From the NCBI GenBank assembly GCA_964598885.1, contig CAZRES010000004.1, positions 5,545 to 69,544 of the forward strand: a DNA stretch of 64,000 bases, read 5' to 3'. Both the position numbers and the translations under genes were made by a program. This DNA comes from an uncultured Desulfobacteraceae bacterium. GTDB lineage: Bacteria; Desulfobacterota; Desulfobacteria; Desulfobacterales; Desulfosalsimonadaceae. This document shows, in pieces, positions 9,467 through 20,443 of the stretch (positions within the stretch are counted from its first letter, which is position 1; the number at the start of each line of letters is the position of its first letter). A model generated the notes under the pieces. That model had not been told where the DNA came from. It saw only the letters and a list, made by a program, of their open reading frames with translations, and ran no database searches.

Positions 9467-9799
9467 ATGGCAAAGAAAGAAAAGGAAAAAAAGGAAAAAC
9501 CCCTGGACAAGATGACCGCCCCGGAATTGAGGACCATTGCCAAGGAACTGCCGGATGTCACCGGCGTCCACGGCATGAACAAGGCCGAACTGCTCAAGGT
9601 GATCAAAAAAGCCAGGGGCATTGATGAGGAAAGATCCGGGAAAGGCAAAAACGGCAGATCAGTCCGGGACCTTAAGATCAAAATCCGGGAGTTGAAATCT
9701 AAAAAAGATGTCTTTGCGGCGGAACAGAATACGAAAATGACCGATATCATCCGCCGCCGGATCAGTCGGTTGAAAAAAAAGACCCGCAACGCCGCCTGA
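9467..9799 (+). CDS. Small lysine-rich protein with a Rho-N/SAP-like helix-extended-helix motif
   Basis: The internal ATG at 9467 is preceded by aaggag. MAKKEKEKKEKPLDKMTAPELRTIAKELPDVTGVHGMNKAELLKVIKKARG resembles the Rho termination factor N-terminal (Rho_N) motif. The rest of the protein is highly basic. Confidence 0.55.
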   Translation: MAKKEKEKKEKPLDKMTAPELRTIAKELPDVTGVHGMNKAELLKVIKKARGIDEERSGKGKNGRSVRDLKIKIRELKSKKDVFAAEQNTKMTDIIRRRISRLKKKTRNAA

Positions 9800-9806
9800 T
9801 GCCATA

Positions 9807-10379
9807 ATGATTTGTCCGGCTGAGCTTGCCTTTGATATTGACGGCGTTTGCGCCGACACCATGAGGCTGTTTATCGATATAGCCGATACGATTTACGGTT
9901 TCAGGGATATCCGATACGACGACATCACTGAATACGAGCTCGGGAGTCTTGGCGGCGTGGGCTCCGCTATGGCGGTTGAGATTATCCAGCGGATTCTTGA
10001 TGGCAATCACGATTTGAGACTGCTGCCCCTTGACGGTGCGGCCCCGGTTCTGAAGCGTCTGAACCAGCACCATCGGCCGACGCTGTTTGTAACGGCCCGT
10101 CCCAACGCCGATCAGATTTTCGACTGGATCTGCAAGACGTTTTTGGTCAGACCGGAAGATATTGACGTGGTGGCCACCGGTTCCTTTGACGACAAAACCG
10201 GTGTGCTGCTGGAGCGCGGTATCCGGCATTTTGTCGAAGATCGCCTGGATACCTGTTTCCAGCTTAGTCATGAGGGAATTAATCCCATTGTTTTCCGGCA
10301 GCCCTGGAATCGAAGGCCGCATCCGTTTACGGAAATCGGCACCTGGCAGGAACTGGAATCCATGATCCGATTTGAATGA
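9807..10379 (+). CDS. HAD-superfamily hydrolase, 5'(3')-deoxyribonucleotidase (NT5C)-like
   Basis: 190-aa ORF. It has the N-terminal HAD motif I LAFDIDGVCADT, then LFVTARP, and a late FVEDR acidic motif. Its stop overlaps the xerC start. Confidence 0.55.
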   Translation: MICPAELAFDIDGVCADTMRLFIDIADTIYGFRDIRYDDITEYELGSLGGVGSAMAVEIIQRILDGNHDLRLLPLDGAAPVLKRLNQHHRPTLFVTARPNADQIFDWICKTFLVRPEDIDVVATGSFDDKTGVLLERGIRHFVEDRLDTCFQLSHEGINPIVFRQPWNRRPHPFTEIGTWQELESMIRFE

Positions 10380-11335
10380 ATCCGTCATCCTTTGATCATC
10401 TGCTGAATGGTTTTATTGACTTCCTTTCCACGGAAAAGGGGTATGCGGATAACACGTGCCGGGCCTATGCCAGGGACCTGGAAGGTTTTATCGCCTATTT
10501 CGTGGGCCACCGTGCCCTGGCGGTGACCGGCGGCGATGCTGACGAGGACGCCGAGACCGACGATGATCCTGCCGTTGATATGGACCGGATCAGCAATCTG
10601 ATGATCCGGGGCTACCTGGCCCAGCTGCATCGTCAGGGATTGAAGAAAACATCCATGGCCCGCAAGCTGTCGGCGGTGCGGTCGTTTTTTAAATTCATGG
10701 AACGAAACGGGGTGATCTCCGGCAATCCGGCGGAAACCGTGCTGACGCCGAAGCAGGACAAACCCATCCCCAATTATTTAAGTGTGGATGATGTGTTCCG
10801 CCTGCTCGATTCCGTTACTACCGAGAATATTGCCGGAAAGCGGGATCGCGCGATTTTGGAAACGCTGTATTCTACCGGCATTCGGGTGTCGGAACTGGCG
10901 GGATTGAATTTTCCGGATGTGGATTTTTCGGCAAAAACCATCCGGGTGACGGGGAAGGGGAACAAGGAGCGCGTCGTGCCCATCGGCAATGCCGCTCTTG
11001 CGGCCGTCCGTGTTTACCGGGACAGCCTGACCGCCAAGGGAAACGTGGTCAACCCCAAAGGCGCGCTGTTTCTCAACAAGAACAAGGGGCGGCTTTCGCC
11101 AAGGTCCGTGGCGCGGTTGCTGGAAAATGCGGCCCGTAAGGCCGGCATGACCGTACCCGTGGCGCCTCATGACCTGCGGCATTCATTCGCCACGCACATG
11201 CTGGATGCCGGGCTTGACCTGCGGATGGTCCAGGAGCTGCTGGGTCACAGCCGGCTCTCCACCACCCAGAGGTACACCCATGTCAGCATTGACCGGCTTA
11301 TGGCCGCATATGACCAGGCGCATCCAAGAAAATAG
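10376..11335 (+). CDS. xerC: Tyrosine recombinase XerC
   Basis: 319-aa ORF. It has an N-terminal SAM-like domain (FLSTEKGYADNTCRAYARDL) and catalytic R..HDLRHSFATHML..LGHSRLSTTQRYTH. It sits in the conserved xerC-hslV-hslU order. Confidence 0.85.
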   Translation: MNPSSFDHLLNGFIDFLSTEKGYADNTCRAYARDLEGFIAYFVGHRALAVTGGDADEDAETDDDPAVDMDRISNLMIRGYLAQLHRQGLKKTSMARKLSAVRSFFKFMERNGVISGNPAETVLTPKQDKPIPNYLSVDDVFRLLDSVTTENIAGKRDRAILETLYSTGIRVSELAGLNFPDVDFSAKTIRVTGKGNKERVVPIGNAALAAVRVYRDSLTAKGNVVNPKGALFLNKNKGRLSPRSVARLLENAARKAGMTVPVAPHDLRHSFATHMLDAGLDLRMVQELLGHSRLSTTQRYTHVSIDRLMAAYDQAHPRK

Positions 11336-11366
11336 ACCATTGTAAGCGGTTTTTAAGGATATACCA

Positions 11367-11906
11367 ATGACGATGCACGGCACCACTATATTGGCGGTAC
11401 GGCACAACGGGCAAGCCGCTGTGGCGGGGGACGGTCAGGTAACACTCAATAACGGGGTGATCAAGCATCATGCCCGTAAAGTCCGGCGGATTTATAACGA
11501 CCGGATCATCGTGGGGTTTGCCGGAGCCACGGCCGATGCCCTCCATCTCTCCGAACGCCTGGAAGAAAAGCTGGAACGCTATAACGGCAATCTGGTTCGG
11601 GCTGCGGTGGAACTGGCCCGGGACTGGCGGACGGATAAATATCTGCGCCGCCTGGAAGCCATGATGATTGCCGTGGATGAATCCCAGATGCTGCTGATTT
11701 CCGGCAACGGCGATGTCATCGAGCCGGACGAAGGAGTCGTCGCCATTGGATCGGGAGGGACCGCGGCCCAGGCAGCGGCATCGGCTTTGATGCGTCATGC
11801 GGCCGTCATCGACCTGAGCGCAAAAGACATTGTCACCCAGGCCATGAGTATTGCCGCTGATATTTGCATTTACACCAATGACAGGATCACTGTCGAGGAA
11901 ATATGA
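11367..11906 (+). CDS. hslV: ATP-dependent protease subunit HslV
   Basis: 179-aa ORF with [24 protein letters not shown] (N-terminal Thr nucleophile) and GSGG. Confidence 0.95.
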   Translation: MTMHGTTILAVRHNGQAAVAGDGQVTLNNGVIKHHARKVRRIYNDRIIVGFAGATADALHLSERLEEKLERYNGNLVRAAVELARDWRTDKYLRRLEAMMIAVDESQMLLISGNGDVIEPDEGVVAIGSGGTAAQAAASALMRHAAVIDLSAKDIVTQAMSIAADICIYTNDRITVEEI

Positions 11907-11925
11907 CGGATACGTTGAAAACGAC

Positions 11926-13308
11926 ATGAGCGATTTAAAACCAAGTCAAATTGTAAAAGAGCTGGATAAATACATCATCGGTCAGCATAAGGCCAAACGA
12001 TCCGTGGCCATCGCGCTTCGCAACCGGTGGCGGCGGCGACACGTTTCTCCGGAGCTGCGCGATGAGATTGCACCCAAAAACATCATTCTCATCGGGCCTA
12101 CCGGCGTGGGCAAAACCGAGATCGCCCGCCGTCTGGCAAAACTGACCGACTCCCCCTTTTTTAAGGTGGAAGCGTCCAAGTTCACCGAAGTCGGGTACGT
12201 GGGCCGGGATGTGGAATCCATGGTTCGGGATCTGCTGGAGTTATGCATCAACCAGTTGAAAACCCGGGAGCGGGAAGCGGTTCAGGGCAAAGCCAGGGAA
12301 ATTGCGGAAGAACGGATGCTTGATCTGCTGCTGCCCGAATCCAAGGAGCGGCAGAGTCGTCAGGAGCATGAACCCCGGCCCGTCCCGCTGGAGCAGGAAA
12401 CTGTGAACCAGGAGGATACAGCCATGGGAACCACCCGGGACAAGCTGCGGCGCATGCTGCGGGAAGGCCGGCTTTCTGATCGCTTCGTGGATCTTGAGGT
12501 CCAGGATCGATCCACGCCCATGGTGGAGATTTTTTCTGGTGCCGGCATGGAAGAGCTTGGGATTAATTTCAAGGATATGATGGCCGGCCTCATGCCGCGG
12601 GGGAACACCAAGCGCCGCAAGGTCAAGGTCAGCGAGGCCATGGAAATTCTGATTCAGGAAGAGGCCCAGCGGCTGGTGGACATGGATAAAGTGGTCCGGG
12701 AAGCAGTGGAAAAAGTCGAACAGTCCGGCATTATTTTTTTAGACGAAATCGATAAAGTGGTCGGAAAAAGCAGCACCAGTTCACCGGATGTGTCCCGGGA
12801 AGGGGTTCAGCGGGATCTGCTTCCCATTGTGGAAGGCACCACCGTATCCACCAAGTATGGACCGGTCCGCACGGATCATATTCTCTTTATTGCTTCCGGC
12901 GCCTTTCAGGCCAGCAAGCCGTCGGATTTGATTCCGGAACTTCAGGGACGATTCCCCATCCGGGTGGAGCTGGCCTCGTTGGGCCGGGATGAATTCGTAC
13001 GGATACTGCGGGAACCGAAAAACGCCCTGTTGCTTCAATACGCGGCCCTTATGGAAACCGACGGAATCCGGATTTTTTTTGACGACGCCGCTGTGGAAGA
13101 AATCGCCCGGACCGCCGAGGAGGTCAACAACCAGACCGATAATATCGGCGCCCGGCGGTTGCACACGTTGATGGAACACCTCCTGGAAGACATGCTTTTT
13201 GACGGCCCGGATATGCCCTCGGACCGAGTTGTCATTGACCGGGCATATGTGGATCATCGATTTCAGGATATCCGGGAAAATCAGGACCTGAGCCGGTATA
13301 TATTATAG
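11926..13308 (+). CDS. hslU: ATP-dependent protease ATPase subunit HslU
   Basis: The internal ATG at 11926 gives [37 protein letters not shown]. Walker A is [15 protein letters not shown] and Walker B is IIFLDEIDK. Confidence 0.95.
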   Translation: MSDLKPSQIVKELDKYIIGQHKAKRSVAIALRNRWRRRHVSPELRDEIAPKNIILIGPTGVGKTEIARRLAKLTDSPFFKVEASKFTEVGYVGRDVESMVRDLLELCINQLKTREREAVQGKAREIAEERMLDLLLPESKERQSRQEHEPRPVPLEQETVNQEDTAMGTTRDKLRRMLREGRLSDRFVDLEVQDRSTPMVEIFSGAGMEELGINFKDMMAGLMPRGNTKRRKVKVSEAMEILIQEEAQRLVDMDKVVREAVEKVEQSGIIFLDEIDKVVGKSSTSSPDVSREGVQRDLLPIVEGTTVSTKYGPVRTDHILFIASGAFQASKPSDLIPELQGRFPIRVELASLGRDEFVRILREPKNALLLQYAALMETDGIRIFFDDAAVEEIARTAEEVNNQTDNIGARRLHTLMEHLLEDMLFDGPDMPSDRVVIDRAYVDHRFQDIRENQDLSRYIL

Positions 13309-13331
13309 CACGCTAAACAAAAGGATTTGGG

Positions 13332-14207
13332 ATGACCCCGATTGTCGCCGACATACTCATTGAAGCGCTTCCCTACATCCGCTCGTTTTTCGGCATGACC
13401 GTCGTGGTAAAATACGGCGGACATGCCATGGTGGATGAACAGTTGAAAATCGATTTTGCCCGGGACATCACCCTGCTTAAGTTCGTGGGTATGAACCCCG
13501 TGGTGGTCCACGGCGGCGGGCCCCAGATCAACCGTGTTCTGGAGAAAATGGGCATCACCACCAAATTTGTTTCCGGCATGCGGTTTACGGATCAGCAGAC
13601 CATGGACGTGGTGGAAATGGTGCTGGGCGGCCAGATCAACAAGTCCATCGTGGCCCAGATCAATCAGCAGGGGGGACGGGCCGTCGGATTGACCGGCAAG
13701 GACGGGGGGCTCATCCGCGCGGAGAAACTTCAGGTCACCCAGCCGGTTGCCGAAAATCTGCCGCCGGAAATCATCGACCTCGGACTGGTGGGGACTGTCA
13801 CCGATGTCAATCCGCAGATCATCGACACCCTGACCGCCCAGGACTTTATCCCCGTGATCGCGCCGGTGGGCGTGGGACCTAATGGCGAGACCTTCAACAT
13901 CAATGCGGATCTCATGGCCGCCAAGCTGGCCGGGGCCATCGGCGCGGGCCGGCTGATTTACCTGACGGATGTGGACGGCATCATGGACAAATCCGGGAAC
14001 CTCATCCCTTCCGTCAGCAGCCGCAGCATCCGGGAGTTGATTGCGGATCAGACCATATCCGGCGGGATGATCCCCAAGCTTGAAAACGCCCTGGATGCCC
14101 TGTTAAACGGGGTAGGCAAGGTTCAGATCATCAACGGTACCTGGCGGCACGCGCTGCTGCTGGAACTTTATACAGACAAGGGAATCGGAACGGAAGTGGT
14201 AAAATGA
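13332..14207 (+). CDS. argB: Acetylglutamate kinase
   Basis: 291-aa ORF with VVKYGGHAM, VVHGGGPQI and NINAD motifs. Confidence 0.95.
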   Translation: MTPIVADILIEALPYIRSFFGMTVVVKYGGHAMVDEQLKIDFARDITLLKFVGMNPVVVHGGGPQINRVLEKMGITTKFVSGMRFTDQQTMDVVEMVLGGQINKSIVAQINQQGGRAVGLTGKDGGLIRAEKLQVTQPVAENLPPEIIDLGLVGTVTDVNPQIIDTLTAQDFIPVIAPVGVGPNGETFNINADLMAAKLAGAIGAGRLIYLTDVDGIMDKSGNLIPSVSSRSIRELIADQTISGGMIPKLENALDALLNGVGKVQIINGTWRHALLLELYTDKGIGTEVVK

Positions 14208-15400
14208 ACAGCGATATCATGTTAAAAGCCGATACCGTCATTGCCAACACCTACAAACGGTTTCCCCTGGTGCTGGTCCGGGGAAAGGGATGCACGGTCT
14301 GGGACATCAACAACAAAGCCTACACGGATTTTGTTTCGGGCATTGCGGTCTGCAATCTCGGCCATGCCGACCCGGATGTGGCGGCGGTTCTGGCGCGGCA
14401 GGCTGAAACCCTGATCCATGTCTCCAATCTTTACTATACCGTGCCCCAGGTGGAACTGGCCGAATGGCTTACCTCCCGCAGTTTTGCCGACCGTGCGTTT
14501 TTCTGCAATTCCGGAGCCGAAGCCAATGAGGCGGCCATCAAGCTGGCCCGGAAATATTTTCATGACCAGGGAAAACACGAGCGCTTCCGGATCCTCACCA
14601 TGGAACAGAGCTTTCACGGCCGGACCTTTGCCACCCTGTCGGCGACCGGCCAATTGCGGGTTCGGTTCGGCTTTGATCCGGTGCTCAATGGATTTGAGTT
14701 TATCCCTTTCAATGACATCGACGCGTTGAAGGAACGGATGAATGATGATATCTGTGCGGTGATGATGGAGCCTCTGCAGGGCGAGGGCGGCATCCGGGTC
14801 CCGGATCCCGGCTTTCTCCGGGAAGTGAGGGATCTGTGTGACCGAACCGGCGCCCTGCTGATCTTTGACGAAGTTCAGACCGGCATCGGGAGGACCGGAA
14901 AACTTTTCGCCTATGAGCATTTCGGCATTGCGCCCGATATCATGAGCCTGGCCAAAGCCCTGGGCAATGGATTGCCCATCGGCGCGATGCTGGCCCGGGA
15001 GCAATATATGAGCGCTTTTACGCCGGGAACCCATGCATCCACCTTTGGCGGCACGCCACTGGTTTCATCCGCTGCCCTGGAAGTTTTGCGGCTGATGGAG
15101 AAAAAGAAAGTCGTGGAGCATTGCCGCCGCGTGGGCGCCTATTTCCGGGACAAACTTCTGTGGCTCAAGGACCGGCACGACCTTATTCTGGATGTGCGGG
15201 GCATGGGTCTGCTGGTGGGCATGAAGCTCGGTATCACCGGTGCCCCCATTGTGAGCGCCTGCATGGAAAACGGATATCTGATCAACTGTGTTCAGGAGGA
15301 TATCCTGAGGTTTATCCCGCCTTTGGTCATCACGGAAAAGGAAATCGACGGGCTGGTGGACTGTCTGGATGGAACAATAAAAAATTTAAAATCAGATTAG
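14204..15400 (+). CDS. argD: Acetylornithine aminotransferase (class III PLP)
   Basis: 398-aa ORF with NSGAEANEAAIKLARKY, IFDEVQTGIGRTG and PLP-lysine region DIMSLAKALGNG. It overlaps the argB stop. Confidence 0.9.
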   Translation: MNSDIMLKADTVIANTYKRFPLVLVRGKGCTVWDINNKAYTDFVSGIAVCNLGHADPDVAAVLARQAETLIHVSNLYYTVPQVELAEWLTSRSFADRAFFCNSGAEANEAAIKLARKYFHDQGKHERFRILTMEQSFHGRTFATLSATGQLRVRFGFDPVLNGFEFIPFNDIDALKERMNDDICAVMMEPLQGEGGIRVPDPGFLREVRDLCDRTGALLIFDEVQTGIGRTGKLFAYEHFGIAPDIMSLAKALGNGLPIGAMLAREQYMSAFTPGTHASTFGGTPLVSSAALEVLRLMEKKKVVEHCRRVGAYFRDKLLWLKDRHDLILDVRGMGLLVGMKLGITGAPIVSACMENGYLINCVQEDILRFIPPLVITEKEIDGLVDCLDGTIKNLKSD

Positions 15401-15433
15401 ATTAAGTGATGAGAGCGTAAAAAGGAATTTGCA

Positions 15434-16366
15434 GTGAAAAAAGACATTCTCACGCTGGCCGAACTGGAAAAGGCCGACTTTGAGCGTTTTTTCCGGAGAG
15501 CCGCGGAACTTAAAACCCGGCACGGGCAGGGAATCAGGGATCGAAGCCTTCTGGATAAATCGGTGGGGCTGATTTTTGACAAACCTTCCACCCGCACCCG
15601 GCTTTCGTTTGAAGTGGCCGCCATCCAGCTCGGCGGGACCCCCATTTTTATTGCCGCGGCGGATACGCAAATGGCCAGAAACGAACCGGTGGAAGATACG
15701 GCCCGTGTTCTGTCCCGGTATCTGGATGCCGTGGCCATACGAACGTTTTCCCAGTCCCTGGTGGAAGAATTCGCCGCCACAGCCGATATTCCGGTCATCA
15801 ACGCGTTGACCGACGAGCATCATCCCTGCCAGATTTTAAGCGATCTCATGACGGTGCTTGAATGTAAGGACCGGTTGGAGAACCTCCGGATCGCTTGGAT
15901 CGGCGACGGCAACAACATGGCCAATTCCTGGATCGACGCCGCGGCCGTACTTGGGTTTGAGCTGGTGCTGGCCTGCCCGGATGGATACGCGCCCAATGAA
16001 GCTGTTCTCGACCGAGCGATGACAAAAAGCAGCCGGATACGCCTGGTGCGGGATCCGTTTGAAGCCGCAGCCGGGGCTGATGTGATCAATACCGATGTCT
16101 GGGCCAGCATGGGACAGGAACATGAGGCCGACTCCAGAAAAAATGTCTTTTCCCCGTATTGCGTGGACGCGAAAATGGTCGGCGCCGCGGCCGAAGACGT
16201 TATAGTCATGCACTGCCTGCCGGCCCATCGGGGTGAAGAAATTGCGGCCGATGTCCTGGAAGGGGAGCGCTCTGTGGTCTGGGATCAGGCGGAGAACAAG
16301 CTTCATATGCACAAGGCTATTCTTGATGTGCTGATTTCGGGACGTCTGGTTGCCACAACAAAATAA
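15434..16366 (+). CDS. argF: Ornithine carbamoyltransferase
   Basis: 310-aa ORF with STRTRLSFE, HPCQ and HCLPAHRGEE motifs. Confidence 0.92.
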   Translation: MKKDILTLAELEKADFERFFRRAAELKTRHGQGIRDRSLLDKSVGLIFDKPSTRTRLSFEVAAIQLGGTPIFIAAADTQMARNEPVEDTARVLSRYLDAVAIRTFSQSLVEEFAATADIPVINALTDEHHPCQILSDLMTVLECKDRLENLRIAWIGDGNNMANSWIDAAAVLGFELVLACPDGYAPNEAVLDRAMTKSSRIRLVRDPFEAAAGADVINTDVWASMGQEHEADSRKNVFSPYCVDAKMVGAAAEDVIVMHCLPAHRGEEIAADVLEGERSVVWDQAENKLHMHKAILDVLISGRLVATTK

Positions 16367-16563
16367 AGGCCCCGCGAAAATCGGACGGATCGATTTGAAT
16401 GTCTTTCGGGGCGCGATCCCGCTCACAATCGGTTTTTCGTGAAACCATCAAAGGAAGGCTGGCATGGTAAAAAGTCAACATCCAAAAACTCGATACATGA
16501 CCACATTCAGGCGGCAGTGAGGAGCGTAGCTGTCTGCGGTGTCGGTAATTGCAAAGGAGACAC

Positions 16564-17784
16564 ATGAAACCCCAACAGCAGGTAAATAAAGTCGTACTGG
16601 CCTATTCGGGAGGGCTGGACACATCGGTGATTCTAAAATGGCTGATTGAAACCTATGGCTGCGAAGTGGTGGCCTTTTCCGCGGACATCGGCCAGGCCGA
16701 GGAGCTGGATGATCTGGATCAAAAGGCCAAAAACACCGGGGCGGTGAGCGTCTACATCGATGATCTGACCGAGGAATTCGTCAAGGATTATGTTTTTCCG
16801 GCGTTTCGCGCCAACGCCATCTACGAAGGCACCTATCTGTTGGGAACATCGCTGGCCCGACCGCTGATCGCCAAGCGGCAGATGGAAATCGCGGCACTGG
16901 AAAACGCGGATGCCGTCAGCCATGGCGCCACAGGAAAAGGCAATGACCAGGTCCGGTTCGAGCTTTCCTATCTGGCCATTGATCCGCATATCAAGATCAT
17001 CGCCCCCTGGCGGGAGTGGGATCTTAATTCCCGGACGGCCCTGATTGAATTTGCCGAAAAGCACGGGATCCCGGTCCAGGCCACCCGCCAGAAACCTTAC
17101 AGCACGGATCGCAACCTGTTGCATATCAGTTACGAAGGCGGCATACTGGAAGATCCCTGGAACGAGCCGCCCGACGATATGTTCGTTTTGACCACATCCC
17201 CTAAAAATGCTCCCGATAAACCCGAAATCATCGAAATCACCTTCAAGCATGGTGATCCCGTGGCCGTTAACGACCATTTTTATTCACCCGCCGACATCCT
17301 TGCCAAACTCAACCGCATCGGCGGTCGGCACGGCGTGGGCCGGACCGATCTGGTGGAGAACCGGTTTGTGGGAATGAAATCCCGGGGCGTTTATGAAACG
17401 CCGGGCGGCACTATTATGAGAACCGCCCACATGGCCCTGGAATCCATTACTCTGGATCGTGAAGTCCTTCATTTGCGGGATTCTCTGGTTCCGCGCTACG
17501 CGGAGATGATTTATTATGGGTTCTGGTTTTCCCCGGAACGGGAACTTCTTCAAAAACTGATCGACGACACCCAGACCGGCGTTTCGGGTACGGTGCGGCT
17601 GGAGCTTTACAAGGGCAACTGCCGGGTCACGGGACGCAAATCCGATCAATCGCTTTACAGCGCGGATTTCGCCACCTTTGAGGATGACGCGGTTTACCGG
17701 CAGCATGACGCGGAAGGTTTTATCCGTTTAAACGCCCTTCGGCTGAGGATCCGGAAACTGCTGCAACAGCAATCAGACCGATAA
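16564..17784 (+). CDS. argG: Argininosuccinate synthase
   Basis: The internal ATG at 16564 follows aaaggag. Motifs include [12 protein letters not shown] and the ATP-PPase signature region [13 protein letters not shown]. Confidence 0.95.
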   Translation: MKPQQQVNKVVLAYSGGLDTSVILKWLIETYGCEVVAFSADIGQAEELDDLDQKAKNTGAVSVYIDDLTEEFVKDYVFPAFRANAIYEGTYLLGTSLARPLIAKRQMEIAALENADAVSHGATGKGNDQVRFELSYLAIDPHIKIIAPWREWDLNSRTALIEFAEKHGIPVQATRQKPYSTDRNLLHISYEGGILEDPWNEPPDDMFVLTTSPKNAPDKPEIIEITFKHGDPVAVNDHFYSPADILAKLNRIGGRHGVGRTDLVENRFVGMKSRGVYETPGGTIMRTAHMALESITLDREVLHLRDSLVPRYAEMIYYGFWFSPERELLQKLIDDTQTGVSGTVRLELYKGNCRVTGRKSDQSLYSADFATFEDDAVYRQHDAEGFIRLNALRLRIRKLLQQQSDR

Positions 17785-17835
17785 GAGGAGGTATTTGAGC
17801 ATGCCCGGCAGCAGGAATAAATAAGGAGCAATATT

Positions 17836-19239
17836 ATGACGGAAAAACTCTGGGGGGGCCGATTCGCCGAAAACACCGATGCTGCAGTGGAAGCGTTCAC
17901 CTCATCCATTGCCATCGACAAACGGCTCTATGAGCATGACATCAAGGGCAGTATTGCCCATTGCCGGATGCTGGCGAAATGCGAGATCATCACCGAAGAC
18001 GAGGCCGAGACGCTGATCCGGGGCCTTGAAATGATCCGCTCTGAAATTCAAGAAGAACGGTTTACGTTTTCCGACCATCTTGAAGACATTCATATGCATA
18101 TCGAGCACCGGCTGGCCGATCTCGTGGGGCCTGCGGCACGTAAGCTTCATACAGGCCGGAGCCGCAATGATCAGGTGGCGACCGACATCCGTCTCTGGCT
18201 CAGAGACCAGATCCGGCATGTTCTCAGCGGACTGCATCATTTTCGAAAAGTCCTTGTGGAAATGGCCGAAGAGCATATCCACGTGGTCATGCCGGGCTAT
18301 ACCCATCTGCAGCGGGCCCAGCCGGTTCTTTTTTCCCACTATATTATGGCTTATTACGAGATGTTTACCCGGGACGGGCAGCGGTTTGAAGATGTATTAA
18401 GACGCGTCAATATTCTGCCGCTGGGATCAGCGGCTCTTGCGGGCACCACCTATCCCATTGACCGGGATTATGTGGCCGATCTGCTTGGGTTTACGGCGAT
18501 CTCCAACAACAGCCTGGACGCGGTTTCGGACCGGGATTTCATTATCGAATTTCTCGGGGCCGCATCCATCTGCATGATGCATTTTTCCCGACTTTCCGAG
18601 GAAATGGTGCTTTGGTCCTCGACCGAGTTCGGGTTTGTCGTCATCCCCGACGCCTTTTCCACGGGCAGCAGCATCATGCCCCAGAAAAAGAACCCGGATG
18701 TGCCCGAACTGGTCCGGGGAAAGACCGGGCGGATTTTCGGAAGCCTGGTGGCCATGTTGACCACCATGAAAGCCCTTCCTCTTGCCTACAACCGGGACAT
18801 GCAGGAAGACAAGATGCCCTTATTTGACGCGGCCGATACCCTCTGCGCCTGTGTCGATATTTATCTGCGGATGTTTCCATCTTTGAAAATCAATGCGTCG
18901 GCCATGGAAAACGCGGTGTTGAAGGGATATTTGAATGCCACGGACCTGGCCGATTACCTGGCGGCAAAGGGCATGCCGTTCCGGGAAGCCCACGGGGTCG
19001 TGGGCGCGGCCGTAAAATTCGCTCTGGAGCAGAACAGGGAACTTCATGAATTGTCTCTGGAAGAACTGCGGTCCTTTTCCGATCTCATCCAAGAGGAGGT
19101 TTTTCATCTTCTGACCCCCCGGGCCATGATTGCCCGCCGTAACTGTTTGGGAGGGACATCCGCGGAAAGTGTTCGGGAGGCGGTTCGTCGCGCCCATGAA
19201 CAGCTTACCGAAGATGCATTGATTCTCATTGAACCTTGA
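17836..19239 (+). CDS. argH: Argininosuccinate lyase
   Basis: 467-aa ORF with TGRSRNDQVATD and the fumarate-lyase signature GSSIMPQKKNPD. Confidence 0.95.
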   Translation: MTEKLWGGRFAENTDAAVEAFTSSIAIDKRLYEHDIKGSIAHCRMLAKCEIITEDEAETLIRGLEMIRSEIQEERFTFSDHLEDIHMHIEHRLADLVGPAARKLHTGRSRNDQVATDIRLWLRDQIRHVLSGLHHFRKVLVEMAEEHIHVVMPGYTHLQRAQPVLFSHYIMAYYEMFTRDGQRFEDVLRRVNILPLGSAALAGTTYPIDRDYVADLLGFTAISNNSLDAVSDRDFIIEFLGAASICMMHFSRLSEEMVLWSSTEFGFVVIPDAFSTGSSIMPQKKNPDVPELVRGKTGRIFGSLVAMLTTMKALPLAYNRDMQEDKMPLFDAADTLCACVDIYLRMFPSLKINASAMENAVLKGYLNATDLADYLAAKGMPFREAHGVVGAAVKFALEQNRELHELSLEELRSFSDLIQEEVFHLLTPRAMIARRNCLGGTSAESVREAVRRAHEQLTEDALILIEP

Positions 19240-19315
19240 CAAATCCGCGGCGATTTCGGCCGGACGTTTTCGGTTTGCTGAAGTGGCGTAATCTGATTGA
19301 TCGGAACCGCTTTTA

Positions 19316-19816
19316 ATGGAAGAAACACCCAATGATAAGCTTGAGCGCAGATACGGTACCGTGGGGATCGCGGTGAAACCGTATGCCCGTGTGTTTCCGC
19401 TTTTGCCGCTGCTCATGGCGGTGCTGCTAATCGGGGCGTGCGGAAAAAAAGGTGCACCCCTGCCGCCGTTGCGGGAAAGCGTGCAACCCGTCACCGGCAT
19501 CGAGGTCCGCATGGACGGAGATCATCTCATGCTCTCATGGTCGCTGGCGCCATACCGGTCCGCCGCCCATGTCCGGCCGGCGGGTTTTCGCGTGTATCGG
19601 GCCGCGGAAAAAGATGACGATACGGAATGTCCGGAATGCCCGCCCCGCTTCAAGGCGGCGGCTGATATTTCCCTGGACGCATTAGCGGATAACCGCCCTA
19701 TGGTCATTTACACCGAAGAACTGGAACCCGATGGCCGCTATTATTTCAGAGTGGTCCCTTATCTGGATGACGGATCGGAAGCCCGACCGTCCGAAACAAT
19801 CACCATTGACAGATGA
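19316..19816 (+). CDS. Putative lipoprotein with a beta-sandwich (FN3-like) body
   Basis: The lipobox LLIGAC is followed by GKKGAPLPP. The body reads IEVRMDGDHLMLSWS...GFRVYRA...GRYYFRVVPY. The true start is uncertain. The stop overlaps the folK ATG (ATGA at 19813-19816). Confidence 0.6.
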   Translation: MEETPNDKLERRYGTVGIAVKPYARVFPLLPLLMAVLLIGACGKKGAPLPPLRESVQPVTGIEVRMDGDHLMLSWSLAPYRSAAHVRPAGFRVYRAAEKDDDTECPECPPRFKAAADISLDALADNRPMVIYTEELEPDGRYYFRVVPYLDDGSEARPSETITIDR

Positions 19817-20352
19817 GCCGATTGGAAGGGAAAAATATCGCCTACATCGGCGCCGGTTCCAACATGGGAGACGGGCTTGCCAACTGCCGCAACGGGATTA
19901 GGGCATTAGGCAATCACCCCCTGGTGGAGATAGAGCGGTGCTCCCGTTTTTATCGCACCGCGCCCATGGAATATGCGGATCAACCCTGGTTTACGAATGC
20001 CGTTTTTCGCATGAAAACCCCTGTCGACCCGCTGGCGCTGTTAAAAATCCTAAAATCCGTGGAGCAAGACGCCGGCCGGGATAACTCGGGTGTCCGTTTC
20101 GGACCGCGGGTGCTCGATTTCGATATTGTTCTGTTCAACGAGGACATCATCGATACCAGAGACCTGATTGTGCCGCATCCGCGCATGCACGAACGGGAAT
20201 TCGTGCTGCGCCCCCTGTGTGATCTTTCGCCGGATCTGATCCACCCGGTGTTGCGGATAACCATGCGCCGGCTGCTGAAGAATACGGTTTCACCGCAGTA
20301 CCCATGTGTTCGCATTGCAGGGGCGCCGGTTGATAGTGAAAAAGAGTTTTGA
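19813..20352 (+). CDS. folK: 2-amino-4-hydroxy-6-hydroxymethyldihydropteridine diphosphokinase (HPPK)
   Basis: 179-aa ORF with IAYIGAGSNMGD, LDFDIVLF and VPHPRMHEREFVLRPLCDL. Confidence 0.9.
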   Translation: MSRLEGKNIAYIGAGSNMGDGLANCRNGIRALGNHPLVEIERCSRFYRTAPMEYADQPWFTNAVFRMKTPVDPLALLKILKSVEQDAGRDNSGVRFGPRVLDFDIVLFNEDIIDTRDLIVPHPRMHEREFVLRPLCDLSPDLIHPVLRITMRRLLKNTVSPQYPCVRIAGAPVDSEKEF

Positions 20353-20443
20353 CAATATTGAATCGTTAATAGTCCGGAAAAATCCATTTTTTTAACGGAC
20401 GGCTACTGATGGTATAATAATTTTAGACTAAAAGGAGCGGAAA

